DNA of 63,492 bases, filler included, from Basidiobolus ranarum (taxonomy: Eukaryota), in assembly GCA_040143965.1 (NCBI GenBank). It is 17 parts of 17 records of this genome, joined end to end, with 100 filler letters (N's around TTAATTAATTAA, not from the genome) between each part and the next. Parts side by side here need not be neighbours in the genome. Positions count along the whole stretch, not along the records: positions 26,228 to 29,868 come from JASJQH010002362.1; positions 29,969 to 33,607 come from JASJQH010002363.1; positions 33,708 to 37,345 come from JASJQH010002364.1; positions 37,446 to 41,083 come from JASJQH010002365.1; 13 more parts are not named here. One strand, given 5' to 3'. The notes under the pieces are model-generated. The model did not search any database, was not told the DNA's origin, and saw nothing but the letters and a program-made list of their open reading frames with translations. This document shows positions 26,128 to 38,074 of the stretch, in pieces. The position numbers were made by a program, and so were the translations under genes. The first letter of the stretch is position 1; each line of letters starts with the position of its first letter.

Positions 26128-27240
26128 NNNNNNNNNNNNNNNNNNNNNNNNNNNNNNNNNNNNNNNNNNNNTTAATTAATTAANNNNNNNNNNNNNNNNN
26201 NNNNNNNNNNNNNNNNNNNNNNNNNNNAGTACAATAAGCTGCCGAGACTTCCGGTCCGCTCTAATATCTTGGTGGACCTTCGCTTCGAAAGATGCGGATT
26301 TTTATCTCCTACCTGATATAGCTACGAGGGCAGTGACTCGTGTGAGTGAAATCTTTCCTGGTATTACGAATCTGGGCATCACATCGGCATTGATACGTGG
26401 GATTAAAATTTGAACAGCGTGTATGTTAATTATATTGAGCTTTTCACACAATAAACCTAGACCTCACTATTTGAGTTCAGTTATTCATCTCCAAAATCTG
26501 GATGCTGATTGAGAGGAATGACCTGCCAACCTCACGAGAGATACCGCCTTACTCTCTGGGTTCCAATTCCTCACGTGAGAGTCTGCATTTGGGTAACGAG
26601 ATTATTACGGAATATAAGGGACAGAAACAACTTGGGAAGAAGTACATTATACAATAGCATTACATATAACTGCCAAGATCCACCAATCGAATCCCGACTT
26701 ATGAACGCACAGTATTTCGTGGTTCTATTTGTTAAAGGTTCGGGTTATTCAGTATGGATATGGCCAAGAGTCCGATTAACATGCATTTCTGGACTAGTGA
26801 GGACACTCGGTGTCTTTTGAGGGCCCCTAGTTAGTGCGGCTCAATTTTATCCCTTACTAATCGAAGAGTTCTTTCGTATGGGAACTGGGTGGTTCAGAGG
26901 TTGGAAGCACTTAGAGTGGTTATTAGTATACATCACAGAAGAATTCCTAGTGCAGCGATTTAGCAGCCAGTATAATACAATGATTTCATATTGATTTCTG
27001 TCGACACGAGTGGTTGCTACTTAATAAATATGGAAATCAAGAAAATATGGGATCAATGGATATCAGCAACCAAGTTCTTATCGTGATTTCCTATGATGCA
27101 CAGATGATATCCGCATAGAATGGATGCTATCACATACTCTCATGTCTCCAGGTAGAACCGCCGCGAATACATTGTCTAGCGTGGCCATTCGGCTGTAGTG
27201 ATTCTTAGCTGAGTTATCATGTATCGATAATACGTATACG

Positions 27241-27429
27241 TGACAAATTAATTTACATATAGTAAAGGCCAGGAAACGCAGATAAAATGACTTCGCGTGT
27301 GCAACCATAAACAAACAAATCCACCTTCACGCGAAATACCCAATCAACTGCCGTCTGTATTTGACAAATTAATTAGGACCATGGAACATCTATAGCCAAC
27401 CATGGGCCCGGGGAATGTTGACAAATTAA
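27241..27429 (+). promoter_or_regulatory. Three exact copies of TGACAAATTAA upstream of the MADS-box gene
   Basis: At 27241, 27362 and 27419; TATATAA follows near 27455. Confidence 0.55.
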
Positions 27430-27587
27430 AATCAATTCCGAGCGGATAATCACTATATAATATGATAAATGCTCTACATTTTTCAGAAATCATTAAAAAG
27501 CAAAATACTCATTAAGACTTTGTCCTCGACTTAATATCCTTCTAACCCAGTAAACACTCCAACCCCAACTTCCAACGCTTTGCAAGT

Positions 27588-29000
27588 ATGGGCCGTAAAA
27601 AGATTAAGGTTTTACTTCGTCTGCAATATACCTGTAATCCTCTCTTGTCACACATTCTAATCTAATCCTTCTTTCTTACAGATTAAGACCATTGAGAATG
27701 ATCGTCAAAAGACTGTGACTTTTACCAGAAGAAGAGGTGGCTTGATAAAAAAAGCTCACGAGTTGGCAGTCCTGTGCGAGTGTAAAGTAGTCCTGCTAAT
27801 GTTTGACTCCAAAGATGAATGCCATATGGTAGGATTTTTCCGCCCTACTGACTACGCTAATGTTATTCTAAATGTAATGTTTCTTTGAAGTATTCCTCTG
27901 CAGAGAATCCAGATGAATTGATAGGCAAATATTATAACAAAGAGTTCCATTCAGGTGACACTAAGGTATGTACATATATACGTCCCTCCATACCATCTAG
28001 CCTATAAATTGACAATAGTGTACGTGTTTTTAGAAAAGGAAGCTCTCTGTCTTTAATGAGGAGTAAGTAGTATGTCGACTCTTAGCAGCGTTCTCTTTAT
28101 TAATGTATTTTGTACAGCACTTTCACACCTAGTCTTTCTCAAGAGAATTTCCACAGCTCCTCACCCGTAGTCAATGAATACAAGATTACAACTACCGGCG
28201 AGGGATCCGAAAATATCCAAGTTAAACAAATCAAAGGCACATCTACGAATATAAATGCGGTAGGCCCTAATGGACAACAGTGTATTACGTTTGAACCGAT
28301 CACTACAACTGCGGATGATTTTATTGAATCAACTTCGCTGAGTATGCCTTTCAGCAACACCTATTCTTCCTCTCTTGTTGATAGTTCAGAAGATTCCTCA
28401 TCTTGTATACTCCAGCATCAGCCTACTCCCCCATCTAATAGCTCGGATATTGACCATCAAAATACACCTTTCATGAATATACCCGCTATCGAATCCTGTA
28501 TTTCTACAGAGAGTGATTTAATTTCAAGGTTAGGAGAGCAATTCTGCTACAAGCCCCCAGATTCCTTTAACATGCCTAGCAAAGGAGATTTGACTGAGTT
28601 TGCTGACTATAGTGGAAGTGCGGCAACCTCACCTGGTTCAGAATCTCCACCAGAAATGTTCCAATTATACTCACAACCTGATCCTAATCAACCAACAGAC
28701 TGTTTAGGTAAGGACACATATGGTACAGCCAGCCATTATTATTATACTTGACTAACACGAATGATCTTTTTTTCGCAACTAGGAGAATATACTGGCAGCA
28801 TACCCGCATTCTCGAAACAAATTCACCTGAATCCTACTCAAGTAGCGAGTGACAATACCCAATACTCTAATCAACTCGATTACTTCCCAAATTTCGATCC
28901 GAATTCAATAAACCTTTGGGGGTGGCCATCGGGTACCAAGACGGATTCGTTTAACCAGATAATCAACCATTTATCATTCAAAGTCCCAAAAGAAGGTTAA
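27588..29000 (+). CDS. MEF2-type (type II) MADS-box transcription factor, 6 exons
   Basis: MGRKKIK|IKTIENDRQKTVTFTRRRGGLIKKAHELAVLCECKVVLLMFD..|YSS. Exons 27588-27608, 27682-27828, 27891-27965, 28034-28062, 28118-28707 and 28783-29000 splice in frame. Confidence 0.93.
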
Positions 29001-29594
29001 CTGTTGCTTCGTATTTATCCAATGGTTCTGTTATTATTCCACCCACTCTTGTATAGTTTTATTTTTTCGAAATATCCCTGATAACCCTTCCCTTGCTTTT
29101 CTACCCTCCTTTTTCATCAAATCACTTGTTACATTTCAATTTTCATCCAGCATGGAATCCCCTTCACTCATTTCCCCTCCCCTGTTACATGTTCTCTATA
29201 AAACCCATCAAATTCATGAATGATTTATTTAATATTATACGACGCTAGTACTTGTGCTTCTCATATTGGTATAATTAAAGAACTTTCAACGTTCTGTGCG
29301 TAGATACAATCGATGACATCTGAGTAAAATAGTAGATATAACTTGTTTAAAGTTATGTAATTCTTGATATAGATTTTACCAACTCGTATCCGTCCTCACT
29401 CTCTCTCCTCAATCTTACATGTTACTCTATAACTCCAGTTGTTCTCAATATTGAACATGCTAATTCCTCAATGCACATATATTGCTTCTTGATTTGTAGG
29501 CAATAACAACTGAATACTCACCATTATGTTGTGAAGTACTATTAAGCGGAAATTACACTATCAAGCACCTTTTTGTAGCAGAGTAAAGAATGCT

Positions 29595-29665
29595 GACTCA
29601 AGGGTTTAGTACGTCATTCTCTCATTGGTTGGGAGAGGTCCTGGATTCAATTCCCAGTTTAACTT
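29595..29665 (+). pseudogene. Degenerate tRNA-Pro(TGG)-like sequence
   Basis: ggtttagt..attctc...ttgg.tgggagaggtcctggattcaattcccag resembles fungal tRNA-Pro. The T-arm is nearly intact; the acceptor stem no longer pairs. Confidence 0.5.
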
Positions 29666-29776
29666 CATTTGTGCTAGTCAGAGTATATATTATTAGCAAA
29701 ATGAAAACTCTATATTGGATATATATCATTAATTCACGTGTATATATTGTAATTTAGCATGACTTGGCTTAGAAAC

Positions 29777-29868
29777 TGTTGAAATTAGCATTGCCTAAAC
29801 ACCTATATAGTCATATATAGCTTAGTACTTAGTTATCTTATAATTCACTAAGATATTATCAATTATTC
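29777..29868 (+). repeat. Copia LTR family B, 5' part (cut by the contig end)
   Basis: TGTTGAAATTAGCATTGCCTAAACACC, near-identical to 19950 and 42380. Confidence 0.9.
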
Positions 29869-30317
29869 NNNNNNNNNNNNNNNNNNNNNNNNNNNNNNNN
29901 NNNNNNNNNNNNTTAATTAATTAANNNNNNNNNNNNNNNNNNNNNNNNNNNNNNNNNNNNNNNNNNNNATACATATATATAGGATTATGAAGTTGATTAT
30001 TGTTTGCCAGCCCAATAGATTTGTTACATATGAATCTAATGATATTTTGACCCTCTTGCATATTAGTTTCTTAACTCAGCCATTCTCTATTTCATTTTGG
30101 AATATTTATCATTCTTGGTAAACCTTAAAGCAATCCTCTTTTGTTGCACTGTACCTAATTTTAATTCTGTCGCATACACTACGCGATTTTCGGCGTAACA
30201 ATTGCAATATCTCAGGTCGTGAAGGTTTCTTCAATTAGCTCAAGTAAATAATTCTTTTTTGAATCGAAGAGGTGAACACACATAAACCACAACGCGTAAT
30301 AAGAAGACTTTTAGGTG

Positions 30318-32924
30318 ATGCGCTTATCTTTTCTAAAACGTAGTAAATCTCCGACGTCGCCTACCACCTCCACTTTTTCTGGAGGTTCAGACTTTAATCT
30401 TTGTGACATACTTTTGGTTGATAGTCTATATCTAGCAGGAGCCTATCACCTAACCCCCTACAACTCTCCTCAACCATCACCTACAAGAAATGAAAGTAAA
30501 GATAATTTTGAATCTTCTAGCTATGACCCCCTCAGGAACATCGATTCTGAGACTCACGAATGTCAGAGAACAACTGAGCTCGTCCAGCATTTGCTGGAAA
30601 CATACAAGCAAGGTAATGTTTTATGGTTTAGGAGCAAGAGGATGTCTAGGAAATTAATTCTGAAGTTTCTCCCAAGTTACCACTGTTACAACAGGGAATG
30701 TTGCCATGTCCTTTCTTCACGATTTACCAATAGATCACGTAGGACATACAATCCTTCTAATAGACCTTGATAGTCATACTTCTAATGGGCAACACACGAA
30801 TTCCGACCTGGAGCATGAAAATAGAGTTCCACACGATATCAAGAGCAATTCAGATATCCTTTATGGTCTTGAGCTTTTAAAAGTGGTTGTCACAGAATTA
30901 GAACTGGGAGTTATCTCGAATGTTGTACCTATTGGTAAGATTTAGCACAGGGTTTTCTGCGATCAAAGCAATTTAAGTAACTCAATTTTCTATGATCCTG
31001 ATAGTTTTATCTTGTAATGATTCTCCACAGTTAATGTGGAGTTGTTTGGATCTCGGGGCAGTAGATTATTTGGTGAAACCAGTTTCCCCTCAGGCTATCA
31101 AAACACTTTGGCTGGTCTGTTTCCTAAATACAAAAAATCACTCGCAAAGAAATTCTAATTTCAATCCATGATAATAGAATATTTCTCGAGCAAAACGTCC
31201 GGAACCCTTGCGTGACACAGACGATGAGCCAACCTTGGTGGCAGCTCGTGTGGCTTTAGGGCCAACTAACAATCGTGATGCTGAGGAAGAGCCGAGGGGA
31301 GCGCTGACTAGGGATACATGGTATATTTCTTTATCAACCTTCCCTTGCGGTTCATGATTAATTCAAATTTGGTGACATATATAGGCTCGAAGAAGTGATT
31401 GTTAATCATTATGCTCCTCCCTATCACCACGTAGATATATCCAGCTTTCCACAGTTAGTATTAGCATTTTTTGTGCTTCAGATTGCACATTTAGCTAAAT
31501 TACTATTGAATAATTAGGCTAAATTCCGCCTCAGACCAGGAGCGCGTATTATCTCTAAGGAGAATGCTATCAAGCTGGGAATTCTGTCCTTATGATTTGT
31601 CAGAAGAAGACCTTCTTCGATGCATCTTGATAATCCTTCAAGACTCTCTTGTAATAAAAGGCCTGAAGAATATAGACACATCGACAGGTATAACCCAATC
31701 AAACCTAGTATGAGGCCATCAAATTAATCCAGGCTTTAAGAAGTGTTGCATAGATTTATTCTTTACGTCCGTATCTCATACAACGACCTGAACCCATATC
31801 ATAATTTTTATCACGCTGTTGATGTCTTACAAGCCACCTATTATATGCTCAAGAAGCTCGGTTTAATAGGCCATCCTAATGGCAACTCTTCTTACTCGCC
31901 CCATCTTCCAGGAGGTAAAAAACGTGTACAAAACTTTATACGACCGAACGATGTGTTCGCGCTTATCATAGCCACCTTAGCGCACGATCTTGGACATCCG
32001 GGTGTTAACAATTCCTACATGATCAATGCTCACAGCTCGCTCGCACTCTTATACAACGACGAAGCAGTTCTAGAAAATTTCCACGCAATGTACTTATTCT
32101 TGTTGATGAAAAAACATGGAGTTGAGTTCTTCGCCGAGCAATCATCTCCGGAAGCACAAGGTAATACTTTTTTATTTGGGCCATTATCCACCCTCTTGAC
32201 ATCTTTACAGATATTTACTATTGCCAACAGATTTTAGGAAATTAGTTATCAGCATAATATTAGCAACGGATATGAGTGCGCATTTCGATTACATTCATAA
32301 TTTCGTAGAGCAAAATGCCCGATTAAACTCACAAGCAGCGTTAGACCCTGAAACAGAGCGTATGGCCTTTTCTGCTGCGATTATTAAATGTGCAGACATA
32401 AGCAATTCGGTAAGCCGTTGGACAAAGCTCAATAGAATGCGAGAGTTATGTGATTCAAATTTGCTCTTTTAGGCTCGCCCTTACCACATTTCTGAAAGGT
32501 GGACAGATAATTTAATACACGAATTCAGTAATCAGGTATATTTACACACCACACATGGGTAAACTTCCTTCCATAAATATGATTTATGGTTTTAATATCT
32601 CGCTTTAGGCTTTACTTGAAACCACTAATGGCTACCCATTAATCATGAATCCACATCAGTCCAAGAGAGACTCTGCCCAAGGACAAATTGACTTCATCGA
32701 GAAATTGTCTCTACCATTGTTTAACGTAGTGACTGAGACTATACCGGGTATGTGTTTCATATATATGACCTTCCAAACAAAACCTCATCTAAGCCGTCAA
32801 TTATTCAGAATTCTCATTTTGCCTACACATTATCCATGATAACATTGCTGAATGGGAGCGAGTGAGGGACATGTGCCCATCAAATACGTCAAACTCCAAG
32901 ACAAGTCGTGACAATGGCAAGTGA
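30318..32924 (+). CDS. Class I (high-affinity) cAMP phosphodiesterase with an N-terminal response-regulator receiver domain
   Basis: PDE: YHNFYHAVDV, LAHDLGHPGVNN, LYNDEAVLENFH, ILATDM, KCADISN, GQIDFI. REC: ILLVD...TILLIDL...YGLELL...PI|VLS...GAVDYLVKP. About ten short GT-AG introns. Confidence 0.92.
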
Positions 32925-33363
32925 ATATAAGTTCAAGCTGGCTGAATCTCAACGAACAATTAAATATCCACTTTTCTCATCAGATAGACTGTCCCCTTGA
33001 ACGTTAATCGATGCCATTGAATCATACTTTGGTTCATCCTTCCACTTGTGCCCTGTTATTGATATAAGTTGAGAAAACCATCGAGTCAAGTATGTTCAAC
33101 ACGAAAGTCTTGGTTGCTGTATGACCAATGATTTATTCTTTGAATATTTCTAACTACGATCCAGAAATTGAGTTGATGCTTATTTGCATTTTGGTCCTGC
33201 TAGACATTGATAGTTATGTTTTGTAAATTATACAGAAATACCTGTTAAATAATACATCCAATACTAATACTAATAAAATTAGTGATTTGGATAGATTTTT
33301 GTAATCGTTTTTTGATAGAAGAGTGCTGAGTGGATTATGTTATATCTATTCACATGCTACTCG

Positions 33364-33607
33364 CTAATTATGAGTGGGAACGATTTTACAGAATACAAAA
33401 TCTACAGATACAAATACACATTAGTATAGAAACTCAAAGGATTTTCATTGTTGATAACCAACCTTCCATTTGTAGCGCATTTTCAAGCCGCCTAGCCGCC
33501 AAGCGCTCTTCATTAGGGTCGCCACCGTTTTGTTTATATAGCATGATGATAGCACCACCACTTCCGGCGAACTTGGCAGCAAATCCATGACCTTCAGCAA
33601 TCTCTAT
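33364..33607 (-). CDS. GHMP kinase C-terminus, glucuronokinase-like
   Basis: IEIAEGHGFAAKFAGSGGAIIML...LENALQME|DFVFCKIVPTHN* with an intron at 33402-33462. AKFxGSGGA matches GHMP motif III as seen in glucuronokinases. Confidence 0.7.
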
Positions 33608-33707
33608 NNNNNNNNNNNNNNNNNNNNNNNNNNNNNNNNNNNNNNNNNNNNTTAATTAATTAANNNNNNNNNNNNNNNNNNNNNNNNNNNNNNNNNNNNN
33701 NNNNNNN

Positions 33708-36700
33708 GTTGTTGAGTTATGTCTAATCAGTCAAATATGTGCATATGTAGAGACTAAACACAACAAGATTCTTGTATTTTTTGATTCTCATTATGGCTGG
33801 AATACAAAGCCTAAAATATCTAAATAAAGGCATGCATATTAATTCAAATTCCTACAGCAGTAAACCCAGTAATTTGCCATTCGAAAATTATATTTTTGCT
33901 AAAATTGCTGGATATTGAATAACGCATGCCAAATTTGAGGATCAATAATTTAACATGTATGAATACCGCCAAGATACCGTCAAGAAACCGCCGTCACATC
34001 ATCAAAATCCCTGGCAGAATGCAAGCCAATGATATTGTGACGGTTCTCTGACGGTTTTGCTATTTTGGAGGGTGGATCCAATCCAGATCAAATAGATTTT
34101 ATTTTTGTTAGGGAAAGAAAAGCAGCAAAATAAGTACTCAAAGAGCAGGAAGTTGGTAAACCCAAGGGAAAAGCAAAGGAGCCGGTGAGTTTAGGCTCTA
34201 CTGTTGCACTTACCAAATTCTTCACACCATTATGAATATCTGCATTTCCAGAGTCAGATATACTGGCAAAAAAGCTTAATTTCCCATGGAACTGGGTACA
34301 CCAGGTGGAAGAGTACTAAATTTGGAAGATTAGCCAACACCTGGCACCTCTCAGCAAGCCAAAACATCAGCAAATAAAACTCATGGCTCTCCAATCTCAA
34401 CTGGTACTTTCTAAAGTGTTGAAATTAGCCCAAAAGTTAAAGGTATGCAAAAAACCACACAAACACTGCAAATCACCCTCAGTAGTGTCACACTACATGG
34501 ATATACAACAATAGTCAAAGTGCTTGAGGAGTATTTACAAAAATATGATGGGAAGAATGCAATGCAAGTATGCAGAAAGTGGCTTCAGTAGAAGAACATT
34601 CAACTTGACATTCAGTCTGGTGCCAACCATGGAGATATCTGGGAAGAACTTAGTACAGAGTAGCACAATAATGCAGGGTATCTGCCAGATAGCTGGAAGA
34701 ATGTTGATTCAGCAACATTACTACAATTGTGGGCTTTGATGGAGATTTTGATACAAACTTGTGTTGGGTATGAGCTAAACCTTGGGTATGAAAAACTTTA
34801 TAAGAATATTCAGGAGAATATATCAAGGAGACTAGGGATTTCTAAGCTGACAAGTTAGCATTCAAGTGGTAAGTGTGTAAAATTTGAGTTACATTTTTTG
34901 CACATATGTTGATCCATAGTTCTCCAAGATTGTAGCCAATCATGCACAACTATTTTGCAAGATCTTGAAATTTCACTCCTAATACTGAAAAAATTGATTA
35001 AAATCAATTATAACTTGACAATTTGCAATGGTAAGTAAATAGTCTATCCCAAATGGATTAAAATTGTAATGGTTCTCCTACAACAACAATCCTCAAATTT
35101 CAGTTAGTGAACTGGGCAAGGATTTTTTAATTGGATATGAAAAACCTTATTTCAGGTTTAAAGAAGATAAACTGAATCTATGCCAGTATCTAATACATTC
35201 CCCACAACATCCTTCACAATGCTTAGAGATTATAGGCCCTTGCTATACATTCCAAAAGTTTGCAATGGAGTGCACCAGTGGTAAAGCAGTACTTCATGTG
35301 AAATTGTTAGTATTACCATATGCTACTATGATTAACAATGTAACAGCAAAATCAGTGGCAGATGCAATACAATGGGTTAAGGAGACTCCAGAGTATATAA
35401 CCCTTCCAACAAAGGGCTCTTTTCAATGTGATCACTGGTTTTTATATTGATTGAGCACAATTACAGCTACAAAGCCCAATCCGGGGACATAGAGTAAGTA
35501 CCTCCATAATTCAGGCTAATTTGTTTGTGCTAATCTAAAGGTATTTTTAGGAAAGCTGCAAGACACACTTCTTGATGAGATAGATCAAGATATGCAGTAT
35601 TATTGTTTTAGCCATGGGGTAATCTATTCAACCAATGACACATTAAATTGTGGCAAGACATTTGTTGACTGCAAGTTGGGGATATGTTGGCTGAATTCTT
35701 TATGGAAGTCTGCCAAAATTCAAGAGCTTATTCTCATTGTGAATGGTAACAATAGTTAGCTATTTGCCAAGTGTCAGTGCTATTCAAAATTTCAGGTGTT
35801 TAGCAATATTTCCACCATTAGTTTGCTGGTAAAGCATAACAATGTTGTTGAGTTATATCGGATCAGTCAAGTATATGCATATATAGAGACTGAACACAAT
35901 GAGATTCTTGTATTTTTTGATTCTCATTATGGCTGAAATACAAAACCTAAAATATCTAAGTAAAGGCATGCATATTTATTTGAATACTTACAGCAGTAAA
36001 CCCAGTAATTTGCCATTTGTAAATTAAATTTTTGCAATAATTGCCAAATTTTGAATAATGCATTCCAAATTTGAGGATCAATATTTAACATGTATAAATA
36101 CCATCAAAATACCATCAAGAAACTCCCATCACACCATCAAAATACCACCAAGAAACTGCCATCACACCATCAAAATTCCTGGCAGAATGCTAGCCTTCTT
36201 AATTGTGATGGTTCTCTGATGGTTATGCTATTCAGGAGGATGGATCCAATCTGGATCAAATTGATTTTATTTTTGTTAGGAACTATTGTCACCTATCTTG
36301 TGTTATCAAAGCCAGAGGATTCATGGATAAAATAATCACAAGCATGGTCACTATACAAAGCCCTCAGCTGCACATAGCCTGGTGAGTAACAATGGAAATA
36401 AGCATACAAAATTGACTTTGGTTTTGCCCACTGAATCTGTTGGCTGTTCTTTACCTTAAAGTTTAAGCAATACTGCTAAAAGTCAGAAAACTGTGCAGTT
36501 ACCACAGTCATATAACCAGATTGATGTTGGTAGAAGTGCAAGTTTTGTCAAACCAGTAAGTCTAGAAAACCTTGAAAACAAGTACTAAATGTAGCCCTTG
36601 GTTATTCCTAGACTGATGGTAGTATATCAGAATATGAAGAACTAGAGAATGGCTTGGTTATAGACTGTTTGTTATTGGCTAGCATTAGGACTCTTCCAAC

Positions 36701-37235
36701 ACTTACAGTAAAGGAAACAGCTCTGAATATTGAGGAATGCAGAGTTTAATCCAATCTTTGCAACCAGGTATTTAATGCTCTTCTTACAATATTACCAAAG
36801 ATTATTGGCAACTGTTGCTTGCCAAAGACGTGTACAAGTGGAAAAACATTGGTTGTTTGTATGACTTCAAAACCTTTGGTAATTGAACCACCTTCATGTC
36901 CAAATGGTTTAGCTTTCTGCAGTGACCTATAAAACCTGAAGTCATGTACTATTTGCATTGATTCAACAATCACTGAATCAGGTAAGCATCATTCATTTTT
37001 GGCATACGTTCCATTGATTCCTTGCCTTTAACTTTTCATGAAATCACCTAAATATAGGACATTGACCTGGTACCAACATACTCACCTTGCAGCTGATGCT
37101 ATTAGCAATATACTTCATGGATATAACTACCAGAATTTGAAAAGTCAAGGTTTCTTTGAGAGTGCATATGATCATGCATTTGCATTGGCTCTGGACAGTC
37201 TCTCCCTAAACAAATAAACCATTTCAAAGGTTTGT
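33708..37235. mobile_element. Four nested CACTA pieces: right end (33708-34113), ORF2 plus left end (34114-35109), transposase C-terminus plus right end (35110-36281), transposase N-terminus (36282-37235)
   Basis: Motifs SCPNGLAF...SCTIC, YVPLIP, ISNILHGYNYQNL..QGFF...DHAFALALD and GPCYTFQKFAMECTSG. A 33-bp tandem duplication of the subterminal unit lies at about 36100-36175. Confidence 0.88.
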
Positions 37236-37445
37236 GTCATGATTCTGATCTCGGCATACTGATCCACTGCATATGGAACTCTTCTATTATTAGATTATGA
37301 CATCATATCTACTGTGCCATCCCTTCTCGGCAATCTGGTGTCAGTNNNNNNNNNNNNNNNNNNNNNNNNNNNNNNNNNNNNNNNNNNNNTTAATTAATTA
37401 ANNNNNNNNNNNNNNNNNNNNNNNNNNNNNNNNNNNNNNNNNNNN

Positions 37446-38074
37446 ACTGAAACGCAAGCAAAAAGCCACCATGACACTGCAAATTGCACCTAGTAGTCTT
37501 AAGCTACATGGATGTATGAAAATAGTAAAAGATTAAAGAGTATTTTCAAAAGTATTCAAGGAAGAGCACTGTGCCATCATGTAGAAAGTTGTTTCATAAG
37601 GAAAACATACAACTTAACATTCAGTCTGGTTTTGACCATACAGATATCTGCAATGAACATAATGCAGGGTGGCATGATATTGCCGTGTATCCACCAGATA
37701 GCTGGAAGAATGTTAACTCAGGAATGTTTATATGATGGTGGGCTTTGATGGAGATATTGTTACAAACTTGTGTTGTACATGAGCTAAACCTTATATAAAA
37801 ATATTCAGGAGAATGTTTCAAAGAAACAGGGATTTGGAGGGTGACTTATAAATGTTCAAGTGGTAAATGTGCAAAACTGGGTAAATATTATTGCAAATGC
37901 ATTGAGCAATAGTTTCTGACATAGTAGCCAATCTTATTTCACTCCTGGAACTGAAAAAGTTGATTAAAAATAAGTCTAACTTGACAATTTTCTGATGGTA
38001 AGTATATTGTCAATGGCAAATGAAATCAAATTGTGAACGTTTTCCTACAATAACAGATCTTAAATTATTGTAGG
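37446..38074. mobile_element. CACTA ORF2 3' part and left terminus, inserted into Copia integrase
   Basis: Aligns with 34440-35109 and ends ...AAATTATTGTAGG. Confidence 0.8.

Noticed and set aside
36090..36335. ORF with HQNTxKKLPSH repeats (also the related ORFs at 145-363 and 51063-51344)
   Set aside because: These are translations of non-coding CACTA subterminal repeats.
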